64,000 bases of DNA from NCBI GenBank assembly GCA_026225415.1, contig JAMFSS010000009.1, forward strand, positions 192,062 through 256,061, given 5' to 3'. Each line of letters starts with the position of its first letter. Position 1 is the stretch's first letter. The notes beneath the pieces were generated by a model. The model was not told the origin of the DNA and searched no databases. It worked only from the letters and a program-made list of their open reading frames with translations. Below, one piece after another: positions 29,487-39,315 of this stretch. The stretch comes from Alphaproteobacteria bacterium. GTDB taxonomy: Bacteria; Pseudomonadota; Alphaproteobacteria; UBA9219. The translations under genes and the position numbers were made by a program.

Positions 29487-29945
29487 ATGAAAAATTCCTC
29501 TTTACGCCTCGCTTTGTACCAACCCGACATGCCGCCCAACACAGGCACCATGATGCGAATGTGCGCCTGTCTGGGCGTGGGGCTGGATATCATCGAACCC
29601 TGCGGTTTTCCGATGGATGACGCCAAGCTTCGCCGCGCCGCCATGGATTATATCGACCATCTGGATTATGCCCGCCACGCGTCATGGAACGCGTTTCAGG
29701 CACAGAAAGCCTCGCGCCGCATCGTCCTGCTCTCGACCAAAGCGGCACAGCCCTATACCGGCTTCGCCTTTCATGCCGATGATATCCTGATGGTCGGGCG
29801 CGAAAGCGCGGGCGTGCCGGATGACGTGCATAACAGCGTCGATGCGCGGATTCTGGTGCCCATGAAGCCACCTTTGCGGTCTTTAAACGTCGCCATCAGC
29901 GCGGCAATGGTTCTGGGCGAGGCTTTGCGGCAAATAAAATTTTAA
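29487..29945 (+). CDS. trmL: tRNA (cytidine/uridine-2'-O)-methyltransferase TrmL (SpoU family)
   Basis: LALYQPDMPPNTGTMMRMCACLG...ILVPM is the typical TrmL layout, 152 aa. Confidence 0.85.
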   Translation: MKNSSLRLALYQPDMPPNTGTMMRMCACLGVGLDIIEPCGFPMDDAKLRRAAMDYIDHLDYARHASWNAFQAQKASRRIVLLSTKAAQPYTGFAFHADDILMVGRESAGVPDDVHNSVDARILVPMKPPLRSLNVAISAAMVLGEALRQIKF

Positions 29946-30225
29946 AAATGACCAAATCATACAATTGTATTTACACGTTCAGGTTGCAATTGGCCGTCGA
30001 ACATGAGGGTATGAAAGACGCCCCACAGGCCAAAAGTCAGAAAAACGGGCTTTGTCAGAGCGATAGTTCGAAATTTGAACCAATCTGTTGCCATTTTATT
30101 CACAATATATCATATTGTTTTTGCTATGTAATTTCCGTATTTGTTCATCATTCCTTAAAGCTTTTGGCCTATTCTGGGCTTATCCGAACCCCCTGGTTCT
30201 CAACTTTTTTAGTAAGGAGATCACT

Positions 30226-30387
30226 ATGCGTAACATGATCAACCGCTTTATGAAATCTGAAGAAGGCGCGACCGCCATTGAATATGGCCTGATCGCCTCG
30301 CTGGTCGCTGTGGCGATCGTTGCCGCCCTGACCGCCCTTGGTGGTGGTCTGAAGGGTGTGTTCACGACCATTACAACCAGCCTTTAA
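30226..30387 (+). CDS. flp: Flp-family type IVb pilin
   Basis: Flp motif ...EEGATAIEYGLIASLVAVAIVAAL... with AGGAGA RBS. Confidence 0.9.
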   Translation: MRNMINRFMKSEEGATAIEYGLIASLVAVAIVAALTALGGGLKGVFTTITTSL

Positions 30388-30479
30388 GAGAACCCAGGCT
30401 AATGGGGTACGGGGGTGCCGATCTTCGGGTCGGCATCTCCCCCGCCTGGCTCTGCAGCTCATGAAAGTGGAGAAGAAAG

Positions 30480-30638
30480 ATGCATAACCTTATGAGATTT
30501 ATAGCAAATGAAGAAGGCGCGACCGCCATTGAATATGGCCTGATCGCCTCGCTGGTCGCGGTTGCGATCGTCGCAGCCCTTACTTTGCTGGGTGGCGGCC
30601 TGAATAACGTCTTCACGACAGTAACGACCGCCCTGTAA
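30480..30638 (+). CDS. flp: Flp-family type IVb pilin (second paralog)
   Basis: MHNLMRFIANEEGATAIEYGLIASLVAVAIVAALTLLGGGLNNVFTTVTTAL, 52 aa, not in the ORF track. Near-identical core to the first copy. Confidence 0.85.
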   Translation: MHNLMRFIANEEGATAIEYGLIASLVAVAIVAALTLLGGGLNNVFTTVTTAL

Positions 30639-30664
30639 AGGCTAGACGTTTCTGGGGTAGGAGT

Positions 30665-30694
30665 AATGCCGGCCTTCGTGCCGGCATTTTTTTG
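30665..30694 (+). terminator. rho-independent terminator after the second flp
   Basis: atgccggc-cttcgt-gccggcat plus a T7 tract. A GC-rich stem-loop without a T-tract also follows the first flp (30411-30443). Confidence 0.75.
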
Positions 30695-30858
30695 GGAATT
30701 TTTGACAAGACCGGCAACACCATTCATTCCTCCTGCGGAATGATTCGATTCATTGGTCGTTAATCATACCGCTGGTATGGTTAACAGGTTATATTAAGAT
30801 ATCACTTGAAGTTTCCCGCGCACCCCGTCTGTCTGTTTATTATTAAGGTTCCCATTCT

Positions 30859-31365
30859 ATGGCTTTGGCTTTCACCGCCTTCCATGTTGCGATTCTTGTT
30901 ATCGCCGCTGCGATCTTTATCGCGGCCGCGGTCTGCGACGCCTGTTCCTACCGGATCCCCAATTATCTGTCGGCGCTCTTGGTGGGCATGTTTCCGCTGG
31001 TGGTTATCACGGCGCCGCATGGCATCGACTGGAAACAAAACAGCATGATTTTCGGCCTTGTCGTCCTGACCGGCTTTATCCTGTTTCTGGGCAAGCTGAT
31101 CGGCGCGGGCGATATCAAACTTCTGGCGGCGGCCAGCCTGTGGGCGGGGCCGCATCTGATCGCCGTTTTGCTGATCGTCACCGCCCTTGTCGGCGGCGCG
31201 GTTTCGATTGCCATGGGCGTTATTACCCATATCCGCCAACGCAAAAACGATAACGCCACCGAAGTCGAATTGAAAAAAGTGCCCATCCCCTATGGCATTG
31301 CGATCGCCGCCGGCGGTTTGGCGATGTTGGGCATGATGGCGCAACCCATTCTATTACCGCGTTAA
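30859..31365 (+). CDS. cpaA: prepilin peptidase CpaA/TadV (A24 family)
   Basis: Polytopic 168-aa protein. Conserved Asp in AAVCDACSYRIPN and a second in GAGDIKLLAA. Confidence 0.85.
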   Translation: MALAFTAFHVAILVIAAAIFIAAAVCDACSYRIPNYLSALLVGMFPLVVITAPHGIDWKQNSMIFGLVVLTGFILFLGKLIGAGDIKLLAAASLWAGPHLIAVLLIVTALVGGAVSIAMGVITHIRQRKNDNATEVELKKVPIPYGIAIAAGGLAMLGMMAQPILLPR

Positions 31366-31374
31366 GAGGGAAAA

Positions 31375-32238
31375 ATGGCCACACGCAAAGTCACCCTTCT
31401 TCTTGTCGCCGCCGCGGTCGCCATCGGCACTATGGCCGTGGTGCGCAGCATGATGAGCGACGCGCCGCCGCCCGAACAAGCGCCAGCCATTCAAATTACC
31501 GAAGTGGCAGTAGCCGCGCATGATTTACCGACCGGCACCATTTTAAAAGAGACCGACATGAAATGGGTGCAATGGCCATCGACATCGGACACATCCGCGC
31601 TCTTCGTCAAAGGCCAAAGCAGTATGCCAGATATCGCAGGCGCCGTGGTGCGCGACGGATTCCGTTCGGGCGAACCGATCATGGCCTCGCGCGTCGCGCA
31701 TGCGCATGACCAGGGATTCCTTGCCGCCGTTTTAACGCCGGGCATGAAGGCGATGTCGGTATCCCTGAGCCCGACGGCGGAAGTCGCCGGTTTTATTTTC
31801 CCGGGCGACCGCGTCGATGTGATTTTAAGCCACAGCTTCAGCCGCAAGGACAGCGCGGAATTCACCGAACGCCGGGTCAGCGAAACCATTTTGCAAAATG
31901 TGCGCGTGCTGGCGCTTGATCAACGCAGCGATAACCAAAGCACCGACCCGAAAATCGCGCAGACGGCAACATTGGAAGTGGCGGATAAAGACGCCGAAAA
32001 ACTGGCGCTGGCTGTTGATATGACCAGCAGCTCTTCCGCAAGCAAAGCCTCCATCTCGCTGATCCTGCGCAGCCTGGCATCCGATGACAAATCGGGCGAC
32101 ATCAAACCAACCCCCACATGGGACAGCGATGTCAGCCCCGCCTATCCCACAGTAAACGGCGATGACGGGCTTATCCAGCGCGTTCAGGTTATGCGCGGCA
32201 AAGTTATCACCGAAGACACATTCGAACGGCACAGGTAG
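31375..32238 (+). CDS. cpaB: Flp pilus assembly protein CpaB/RcpC
   Basis: N-terminal TM anchor, SAF-like domain, and position in the locus. Confidence 0.8.
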   Translation: MATRKVTLLLVAAAVAIGTMAVVRSMMSDAPPPEQAPAIQITEVAVAAHDLPTGTILKETDMKWVQWPSTSDTSALFVKGQSSMPDIAGAVVRDGFRSGEPIMASRVAHAHDQGFLAAVLTPGMKAMSVSLSPTAEVAGFIFPGDRVDVILSHSFSRKDSAEFTERRVSETILQNVRVLALDQRSDNQSTDPKIAQTATLEVADKDAEKLALAVDMTSSSSASKASISLILRSLASDDKSGDIKPTPTWDSDVSPAYPTVNGDDGLIQRVQVMRGKVITEDTFERHR

Positions 32239-32242
32239 CGTG

Positions 32243-33928
32243 ATGAAAAAACTTCTTATCCTTGCTTTGCTCTTGTATGTGTCGCCCGCGCTGGCGGCAT
32301 CTTCCTCTTTGTCGCTGACGGTTGATCACGGCACATCGCTTACTTTGTCCGGCCCCGCTTCTTCGGTCTTTATCGCCAATCCCGACATCGCCGATGTTCA
32401 GGTGATGTCGCCGACGCAGGTGATGATTTTCGGCAAACGCACCGGCGAAACCACCTTTATGGCGACGGATGCGCGCGGCCATACGCTGGCGCAACGCACA
32501 GTCACCGTGACACAGGATATGAGCGAATTGCGCAACGAATTAAACGCCGCCATTCCCGGCAACACGATCAAAGCGACGCCGGTGCCAAACGGCATTGTGC
32601 TGACCGGCATGGCCAAAGACCCCGCCGCCGTGGCAGATGCCTATAAAATCGCGATGCGCTTTATGCCCACCGGCGGCGATATCATCAACCGCGTGCAAGT
32701 GAATGGCAGCAATCAGATCAGCATCCATGTGCGCTTTGCCGAAGTTCAACGCAACGTCGATAATACGCTCGGCTTTGATTTGCAAAATGCGCTCACGATT
32801 GGCGGCGGCATGGTTGTCGGCCTTGCGACGGGCAACGGCGTCAACGCCATTACCACGGCCACGAGCGGAACTATTTTTGACCAGAACGAACTTAACGGCC
32901 TGTTCCCCCGTCCTAATAATTCGACGCTTAATACTCCTAATGATGTGCTGGGTGCCAATTATACCGGCAAGCATATAACAGCAGGCGCCATGATCGACGC
33001 GTTGGCACAGGAAGGCATGATCAACATTCTGGCCGAACCGACTTTAACCGCGATGTCGGGCGAAACCGCCAATTTTCTGGCGGGCGGCGAATTTCCCATC
33101 CCCATCCCGCAAGGCAACGGCACCATCAGTATCACGTTTAAATCCTATGGCATCTCGCTGGAATTCACGCCGACCTTGTTAAGCGGCAACCGTATCAGCC
33201 TGCATGTACGCCCCGAAGTCAGCCAGCTGACGACGGCGGGTTCGATTATTTTGAACAATATCACAGTGCCCGCTTTGACAACGCGTAAGGCCGAAACCAC
33301 CGTCGAAGTCGGCAGCGGCCAAAGTTTTGCCATCGCCGGTCTGATGGATAACAGCCAGGCGCAGACCGTCGATAAATTCCCGTTGCTGGGCGATATGCCG
33401 ATCCTTGGCGCGTTGTTCCGTTCCGAACATTTCCAGAGTGGCCAGACCGAATTGATGGTCATCATCACGCCCTATGTCGTGAAACCTTCCACCGGGCAAT
33501 TGGCGTTGCCGACCGATGGCATGGCGCCACCCAATGAAACCGAAATGCTGGTTGGCCTCCGCAAGACCAGCAGCGACCCCAACGCCCGCCCAATGAGCGG
33601 TGATCCGGTTGGCGTTGCCGCGCCTACGCCCACGCTTGCCCCTGTGCCAGCCGCCGCGCCTTTGGTGCCTGTCACCAATGCGCCGGATGTCAGCACCACA
33701 GATATCGTTATGCCACCGGTTGCGGCGACGCCCGCGCTTGTGGAAACACCTCTTGCACCTGCACCTATTGTATCGGTGCCTTCTGAACCCGCGCCTGCGC
33801 CAACTGTCCCAACGCCTTCCGCGTCTTCTGTTGCACCCCCTGTCCTACCTGCCGCTGTTTCACCCCCTGTCGTTCTGCATCCTGTAGGCGACATGGATAA
33901 ACATAGCGGCGGCATTTTGGTGGAGTAG
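32243..33928 (+). CDS. cpaC: Flp pilus secretin CpaC/RcpA with a C-terminal Pro/Ala/Val-rich tail
   Basis: Signal peptide and a secretin domain (GGEFPIP..., AIAGLMDN..., LMVIITP...). The tail of about 110 aa is P/A/V-rich (APTPTLAPVPAAAP...). Confidence 0.85.
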   Translation: MKKLLILALLLYVSPALAASSSLSLTVDHGTSLTLSGPASSVFIANPDIADVQVMSPTQVMIFGKRTGETTFMATDARGHTLAQRTVTVTQDMSELRNELNAAIPGNTIKATPVPNGIVLTGMAKDPAAVADAYKIAMRFMPTGGDIINRVQVNGSNQISIHVRFAEVQRNVDNTLGFDLQNALTIGGGMVVGLATGNGVNAITTATSGTIFDQNELNGLFPRPNNSTLNTPNDVLGANYTGKHITAGAMIDALAQEGMINILAEPTLTAMSGETANFLAGGEFPIPIPQGNGTISITFKSYGISLEFTPTLLSGNRISLHVRPEVSQLTTAGSIILNNITVPALTTRKAETTVEVGSGQSFAIAGLMDNSQAQTVDKFPLLGDMPILGALFRSEHFQSGQTELMVIITPYVVKPSTGQLALPTDGMAPPNETEMLVGLRKTSSDPNARPMSGDPVGVAAPTPTLAPVPAAAPLVPVTNAPDVSTTDIVMPPVAATPALVETPLAPAPIVSVPSEPAPAPTVPTPSASSVAPPVLPAAVSPPVVLHPVGDMDKHSGGILVE

Positions 33929-33932
33929 AGCT

Positions 33933-34400
33933 ATGAAAAAAACCCAACTCGCTTTTTGTTCCCTGGCGCTTTTGACAACGGCCTGCTATCCGGCCACGCC
34001 GCGCCCCGATTACACGATCAAGGTCGCGCAAACGGCGCAGGGCTCCGTCGCCACGCCGCCCACCTGCCCCAGCTGGGCGAAAGACAATGCGGATCCGTAT
34101 GACAATCAGCCCGAACCGCAATTTGGCTGTTCGCAAGCGCGCAATCTGGCTTTGGAAGTTGAAAATCCCGATGATCTTCTTCATGGCCGCGCCTTGGCCG
34201 ACCAACGCGGCGTCACCGCCGTCGGCGCGGTACGGCGCTATGACAACAACCAGACACGCGGCCTGATAACGCCCGACACGGAAACCAGCCAGTTGGCCGT
34301 AACCACAGCGCCAACAGCCGCATCACCCATGAGCGGCGATGTGACAGGCAGCGCGGGTTCAAGCAGTTCTTCGGCAGGGGCGGCGGCAGCATCACCATGA
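33933..34400 (+). CDS. cpaD: pilus assembly lipoprotein CpaD
   Basis: Lipobox LLTTAC plus CPSW...FGCSQARNLA, which matches the CpaD signature. Confidence 0.75.
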   Translation: MKKTQLAFCSLALLTTACYPATPRPDYTIKVAQTAQGSVATPPTCPSWAKDNADPYDNQPEPQFGCSQARNLALEVENPDDLLHGRALADQRGVTAVGAVRRYDNNQTRGLITPDTETSQLAVTTAPTAASPMSGDVTGSAGSSSSSAGAAAASP

Positions 34401-35665
34401 GCGGCATGTTTTCCTTTGGGCGTGGCGAAGACACCATGCATGGCGAATTTATGGGATTCATCATGGATGATGAATCCCTTGTTGTGTTGCGCGGCTGGGC
34501 GGAACGTCAGGGCTATCCGCAAGCGTCGGTGCAACAAGGCGGCCCCGATATGTTCGCGCAATTGCTGGAATCATCCGCGCCGCCGAAAATGGTGATGATC
34601 GATGTCGACGGCCATGCCGACGCCGCCGCGACCATTGCGCGTCTGGTCAGCCTGTGCGGCGCCGAATGCCGCGTTATCGCCGTGGGTTCGGCCAATGATA
34701 TCGCCCTTTATCGCCGTATCCAGAATGCGGGCGCGGTCGATTATGTCGTGAAACCCCTTATGCCCGATATGCTGAACCACGCTTTGGCGGCGGCCCTGCG
34801 CGGCCCTTCGTCGAACCACAACAAAACCGAAAACAAGGAAGCCCGCGAAATCGTCGTGATAGGATCGCGCGGCGGCGTGGGCGCCAGCGCCACAGCCCTG
34901 AACACCGGTTGGTTGATGGCGCATGAAATGGGTTTGAACGTCGCCCTGTTCGATCTCGATTTGCAATTCGGCAGCAGTTTTCTGGCGCTCGATCTGGAAC
35001 CCGGTCGCGGCTTGCGCGATATTGTCAGCTCGCCCAACCGCGTCGATAGTTTGATGATCGCCAGTTCCATTGTGCCGGAAAGTGAACATTTTTCGGTGCT
35101 GGGCGCCGAAGAAACGGTTGATGAAATCGTGCCCATCGATGGCGGCGCGATTACCGCCTTGCTGAAAGAAATGAAAAGCAATTTTGACGTCATCATCGTC
35201 GATATGCCGCGCACGATGTTGGCCGCGCATAAACGCCCTTTGATGGGCGCGCATGAAATCGTGATTGTTTCCGATTTGTCATTGGCCGGTATCCGCGACA
35301 CGTTGCGCATTAAAACCGCCTTGACCAGTCTGGGCAGCGCGGCACGCATTTCCATCGTCGCATCGCGCACCGACAGCACAGGGCGCGGCCAGATCAACGC
35401 CGATGTTTTTGAAAAAGGCGTGCAGACCCCCATCGCCATCACCATCCCCGAAGACATTATCGGTTTCGCGGCAGCATCCAACAGCGGCAAAGCGATGGGC
35501 GCAGCGGCCACCAAATCGCCCGCCACCAAAGCGTTGCGCGAATTGGCGCAACATCTGGTCAACGAAACCGCGCCCGTGCCGAAGAAAAAATCTTTCCTCG
35601 ACAAGATTTTTACCGATGCGAAAAAGAAATCCAAAAAACCGGATAGCGGACGGAGTCATGCCTGA
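34397..35665 (+). CDS. cpaE: CpaE/TadZ pilus-assembly ATPase-like protein (REC-like N-terminal domain + MinD/ParA-type domain)
   Basis: Deviant Walker A VVIGSRGGVGASATALN. Confidence 0.85.
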   Translation: MSGMFSFGRGEDTMHGEFMGFIMDDESLVVLRGWAERQGYPQASVQQGGPDMFAQLLESSAPPKMVMIDVDGHADAAATIARLVSLCGAECRVIAVGSANDIALYRRIQNAGAVDYVVKPLMPDMLNHALAAALRGPSSNHNKTENKEAREIVVIGSRGGVGASATALNTGWLMAHEMGLNVALFDLDLQFGSSFLALDLEPGRGLRDIVSSPNRVDSLMIASSIVPESEHFSVLGAEETVDEIVPIDGGAITALLKEMKSNFDVIIVDMPRTMLAAHKRPLMGAHEIVIVSDLSLAGIRDTLRIKTALTSLGSAARISIVASRTDSTGRGQINADVFEKGVQTPIAITIPEDIIGFAAASNSGKAMGAAATKSPATKALRELAQHLVNETAPVPKKKSFLDKIFTDAKKKSKKPDSGRSHA

Positions 35666-37278
35666 TGCCCCACTCTACCGGCATGGACACCACCATCACC
35701 ACTTTACGCAACAAGGTGATGCCCGCGCTCAAGGAAAAAATTCCGGCGGATAAAGTCAAATGGACGTCACGCGCCGATGTCGCCCGCGAAGCGAAAACTG
35801 TCGTGGGCGATTTTCTGTTCAGCACCGGCATTGAACTTAACCTGCTCGACCAACGCGATCTGGTCACCTCGTTGATCAACCATTTCATCGCCGAAAATGC
35901 CGGTATCGCCGCCCCCGTTCAGGCGCCGCAACCAACCGCGCCAACCGGCACCGAAACCAACGGCGAACACGGCGAAGCGCCCGCGGTCGATCCCTATGCC
36001 ACGCGCAATTCCGCCCGCGCCACCTTGGAACAAGCCAAAAATAAATTGCAACCGATGGTGTTGGAACGTATCGACACATCGGCCGCCGCCAAATTGCCGC
36101 GCGAAGAATTGTCGCGCGATCTGACCGGCCTGATCGCCGAATTGCTGAACGAAAACAAAATCCATCTGAACGCCGCCGAACGCACCGATCTGGTTAAACA
36201 GCTTCTGGACGATATGCTTGGCCTTGGCCCGCTTGAACCATTATTGGCCGATGAAACGATTTCGGAAATCATGGTCAATGGCCCCAAAATGGTTTTCATT
36301 GAAAACAAGGGCAAGCTGACGCTTTCCGATGTGCAGTTCCGCGATAACGCGCATGTGCTTTCCATCGCCACGCGTATCGTCACCGCGATTGGCCGCCGCA
36401 TCGACGAAAGCTCGCCGCTTTGCGATGCGCGTTTGATGGATGGCAGCCGCGTCAATATCATCATCCCTCCTTTGGCGATTGACGGGTCGACCATCACCAT
36501 CCGTAAATTTTCAAAGAAGAAAATCACGCTGGAAACCATGCTTAAATTCGGCAGCATATCGCCGAATATGGCCAAGCTTCTGCGCATCGCGGGTCGTTCT
36601 CGCCTCAACATTCTGATTTCCGGCGGTACGGGTTCGGGTAAAACCACGTTGCTCAACGCCTTGTCGCAAATGATCGATCACGGCGAACGCGTCGTGACGA
36701 TTGAAGACGCGGCGGAATTGCAATTGCAACAACCGCATGTCGTGCGTTTGGAAACGCGCCCCGCCAATCTGGAAGGCAACGGCGAAGTCACCATGCGCGA
36801 TCTGGTCAAAAACGCTTTGCGTATGCGCCCCGACCGTATCATCGTCGGTGAAACGCGTGGCGGCGAAGCGTTGGATATGTTGCAGGCGATGAATACCGGC
36901 CATGACGGATCGATGTCCACCGTCCACGCCAACCGCCCGCGCGAAGCCATTATGCGTTTGGAAAATCTGGTCGGCATGTCGAGCGCCAACCTGTCGCCGC
37001 GCGCCATCCGCCAACAGATCGCCGCCGCCGTCGATATGATCATTCAGGTTTCGCGTATGCGCGACGGGTCGCGCCGCGTTACCTACATCACCGAAATTAC
37101 CGGCATGGAAGGTGAAGTGATCACCATGCAGGATCTCTATACCTGCGAAGTCACAGGGGAAACGCCCGACGGCAAACTGGCGGTAGATTTCAAAAACCAC
37201 GGGTTACGCCCGCATTGTCTGCCCAAAGTCGCCTATTTTGGTTTGGATAAACAACTGATGGAAACAATGGATGGCTAA
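35665..37278 (+). CDS. cpaF: Flp pilus assembly ATPase CpaF/TadA
   Basis: Walker A ILISGGTGSGKTTLLNAL, Walker B RIIVGETRG, and a His box. Confidence 0.95.
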   Translation: MPHSTGMDTTITTLRNKVMPALKEKIPADKVKWTSRADVAREAKTVVGDFLFSTGIELNLLDQRDLVTSLINHFIAENAGIAAPVQAPQPTAPTGTETNGEHGEAPAVDPYATRNSARATLEQAKNKLQPMVLERIDTSAAAKLPREELSRDLTGLIAELLNENKIHLNAAERTDLVKQLLDDMLGLGPLEPLLADETISEIMVNGPKMVFIENKGKLTLSDVQFRDNAHVLSIATRIVTAIGRRIDESSPLCDARLMDGSRVNIIIPPLAIDGSTITIRKFSKKKITLETMLKFGSISPNMAKLLRIAGRSRLNILISGGTGSGKTTLLNALSQMIDHGERVVTIEDAAELQLQQPHVVRLETRPANLEGNGEVTMRDLVKNALRMRPDRIIVGETRGGEALDMLQAMNTGHDGSMSTVHANRPREAIMRLENLVGMSSANLSPRAIRQQIAAAVDMIIQVSRMRDGSRRVTYITEITGMEGEVITMQDLYTCEVTGETPDGKLAVDFKNHGLRPHCLPKVAYFGLDKQLMETMDG

Positions 37279-37290
37279 GGCGGGGGACAG

Positions 37291-38271
37291 ATGAATCTAA
37301 ACGCACACGGCCTCTACATCATCCTCGGCATCGGCATCTTTGTCTTTGCAGCCCTTGTGCTGTCGGCTTTTTCCAGTGGTGCTTCGGATATGGAAAAACG
37401 CCTGGCGCGGGTCAGCAGCGGCAAACGCGCGGCAAACCCCGACGGGCGCCTGTCGCCCAACAGCGTCAAATCAACCAAAGACAGCGCCATTCCGTTTCTT
37501 GACCGTCTGGTCAAAATGGTGCCCAACCCCGATAAAATGCGCAACCGCCTGTCGCGTACCGGCCGTTCGATAGCACTCGGCGAATATCTTTTGATGAACG
37601 CGCTAGCGGTTTTTATTTTCTATATGATTTTCAGCATTTTGGGCTGGGCGAAAATCGTCGCGCTTTTGGTCGGCGTCATGGCCGGGTTAGGGTTGCCGCA
37701 TCTGGTCATCGGCATCATGGGCGCGAAACGTATCAAAAAATTCTTGGCCAATTTCCCTGAAGCGATTGATACCATGTGCCGCGGTATCCGCTCCGGCCTG
37801 CCCATCACCGAATCTATCGCCTCTGTCGGGCGCGAAATGCCTGATCCTGTTGGCATCGAATTTCACCGTATCAGCGACGGCGTGCGCATGGGCAAAACAG
37901 TGGAAGCATCGATGTGGGATGTAGCCAAACGCATCGACACGCCCGAATGGCGTTTTTTGATTATCGCAATGGCCATTCAAAAAGAAACGGGTGGCAATCT
38001 GGCCGAAACTTTGGGCAATCTGTCTGACCTAATCCGTAAACGGCGCCAGCTGCGCCTCAAAATCAAAGCCATGTCATCCGAAGCCAAGGCCAGCGCGGGC
38101 ATCATCGGCTCTCTGCCCTTTGTCATGGGCATGTTGCTGTTTGTCGTTAATCCCGATTATCTGTCGGTGATGTTCACGAAAACCACCGGCAAAATCCTGC
38201 TGGGCGGCGGTTTGTTCTGGATGACGATGGGCTGGGCCGTGATGCTGAAAATGATTCATTTTGAACTGTAG
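37291..38271 (+). CDS. tadB: Flp pilus assembly inner-membrane protein TadB
   Basis: T2SS-F-like polytopic protein of 326 aa, position in locus. Confidence 0.85.
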   Translation: MNLNAHGLYIILGIGIFVFAALVLSAFSSGASDMEKRLARVSSGKRAANPDGRLSPNSVKSTKDSAIPFLDRLVKMVPNPDKMRNRLSRTGRSIALGEYLLMNALAVFIFYMIFSILGWAKIVALLVGVMAGLGLPHLVIGIMGAKRIKKFLANFPEAIDTMCRGIRSGLPITESIASVGREMPDPVGIEFHRISDGVRMGKTVEASMWDVAKRIDTPEWRFLIIAMAIQKETGGNLAETLGNLSDLIRKRRQLRLKIKAMSSEAKASAGIIGSLPFVMGMLLFVVNPDYLSVMFTKTTGKILLGGGLFWMTMGWAVMLKMIHFEL

Positions 38272-38347
38272 GTAAGATTTTTGATTAATCCGGCGATTCA
38301 CGTTTCCTGTTGAAACGTGAACGCTTCAACAGGAAACGATCGCGGAT

Positions 38348-39313
38348 ATGACACTCGACCATGCCATGCACGACCCGAATATCATCGCGATGCTGTGCGC
38401 CGCCGGTGCCGCCGCCGTTGTTGTGTTGATATGGATGGCGATGGTCGATGGCGACCCCCTGCCCGAACGGTTGAAAAGCATCACCGAACGCCGCGACGAA
38501 TTGCGTATCGAGGAAAAGAAAAAGAAAACATCACGCGTCGAAGGTGCCACGCGCGCCGATATGATCAAAAACATCGTACAAAAACTGCAATTGGAAAAAG
38601 GCAAAAAGATCAACGAAATCCGCCTCAAATTGGCGCGCGGCGGTTACCGTTCACCCGATACCGTCATGACTTATTTGTTGATGCGTGTCATGGCACCTTG
38701 CGTGACCGGTTTTATGGCCTTCTTCTTTTTGTTTATCGGTCATGCCTTTGAGATGCAAACAATTATGAAAATTCTGATTGTCATTGCCGCCATTCTGTTC
38801 GGCATCAAACTGCCCGATATTTTCCTGAAAAACGCCAGCCAGAAACGCGAAATCGTTTTGCGCAAAGCCATGCCCGACGCGCTCGATCTTATGGTGATCT
38901 GCGCCGAAGCGGGCTTAAGCCTTGATGCCGCGCTTGACCGCGTCAGCCGCGAAATGGCCTTCGCCGCGCCCGAACTGTCCGAAGAAGTCGGGCTTACCTC
39001 TGTCGAGCTGGGTTTCTTTCCCGACCGCAGCCGCGCCTTGCAAAACCTGTCCGACCGCGTACCGCAACCGGGTGTGGTCGCGTTGGTCAACACGCTTATC
39101 CAAACCGAAAAATATGGCACACCTTTGGCGCAGGCTTTGCGCGTTTTGTCGTCGGAATTGCGCGACGACCGCATTATGGCGGCGGAAACCAAAGCGGCGA
39201 AATTACCCGCCACACTGACAGTGCCGATGATTTTGTTTATTCTGCCGCCGCTCTTCATCGTTCTTCTGGGCCCCGCGATTATGCGCGTTTCCGGCCTCAT
39301 GAGCGGCAACTAA
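38348..39313 (+). CDS. tadC: Flp pilus assembly inner-membrane protein TadC
   Basis: T2SS-F-like polytopic protein of 321 aa, position in locus. Confidence 0.85.
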   Translation: MTLDHAMHDPNIIAMLCAAGAAAVVVLIWMAMVDGDPLPERLKSITERRDELRIEEKKKKTSRVEGATRADMIKNIVQKLQLEKGKKINEIRLKLARGGYRSPDTVMTYLLMRVMAPCVTGFMAFFFLFIGHAFEMQTIMKILIVIAAILFGIKLPDIFLKNASQKREIVLRKAMPDALDLMVICAEAGLSLDAALDRVSREMAFAAPELSEEVGLTSVELGFFPDRSRALQNLSDRVPQPGVVALVNTLIQTEKYGTPLAQALRVLSSELRDDRIMAAETKAAKLPATLTVPMILFILPPLFIVLLGPAIMRVSGLMSGN

Positions 39314-39315
39314 TC

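Noticed and set aside
30371-30727. 118-aa minus-strand ORF spanning the flp region
   Set aside because: Antisense to two well-supported Flp pilin genes with good RBSs, so spurious.
35994-37200. Minus-strand ORFs of 220 aa and 229 aa inside cpaF
   Set aside because: Antisense to the CpaF ATPase, which has unmistakable Walker motifs. These are GC-rich frame artefacts.
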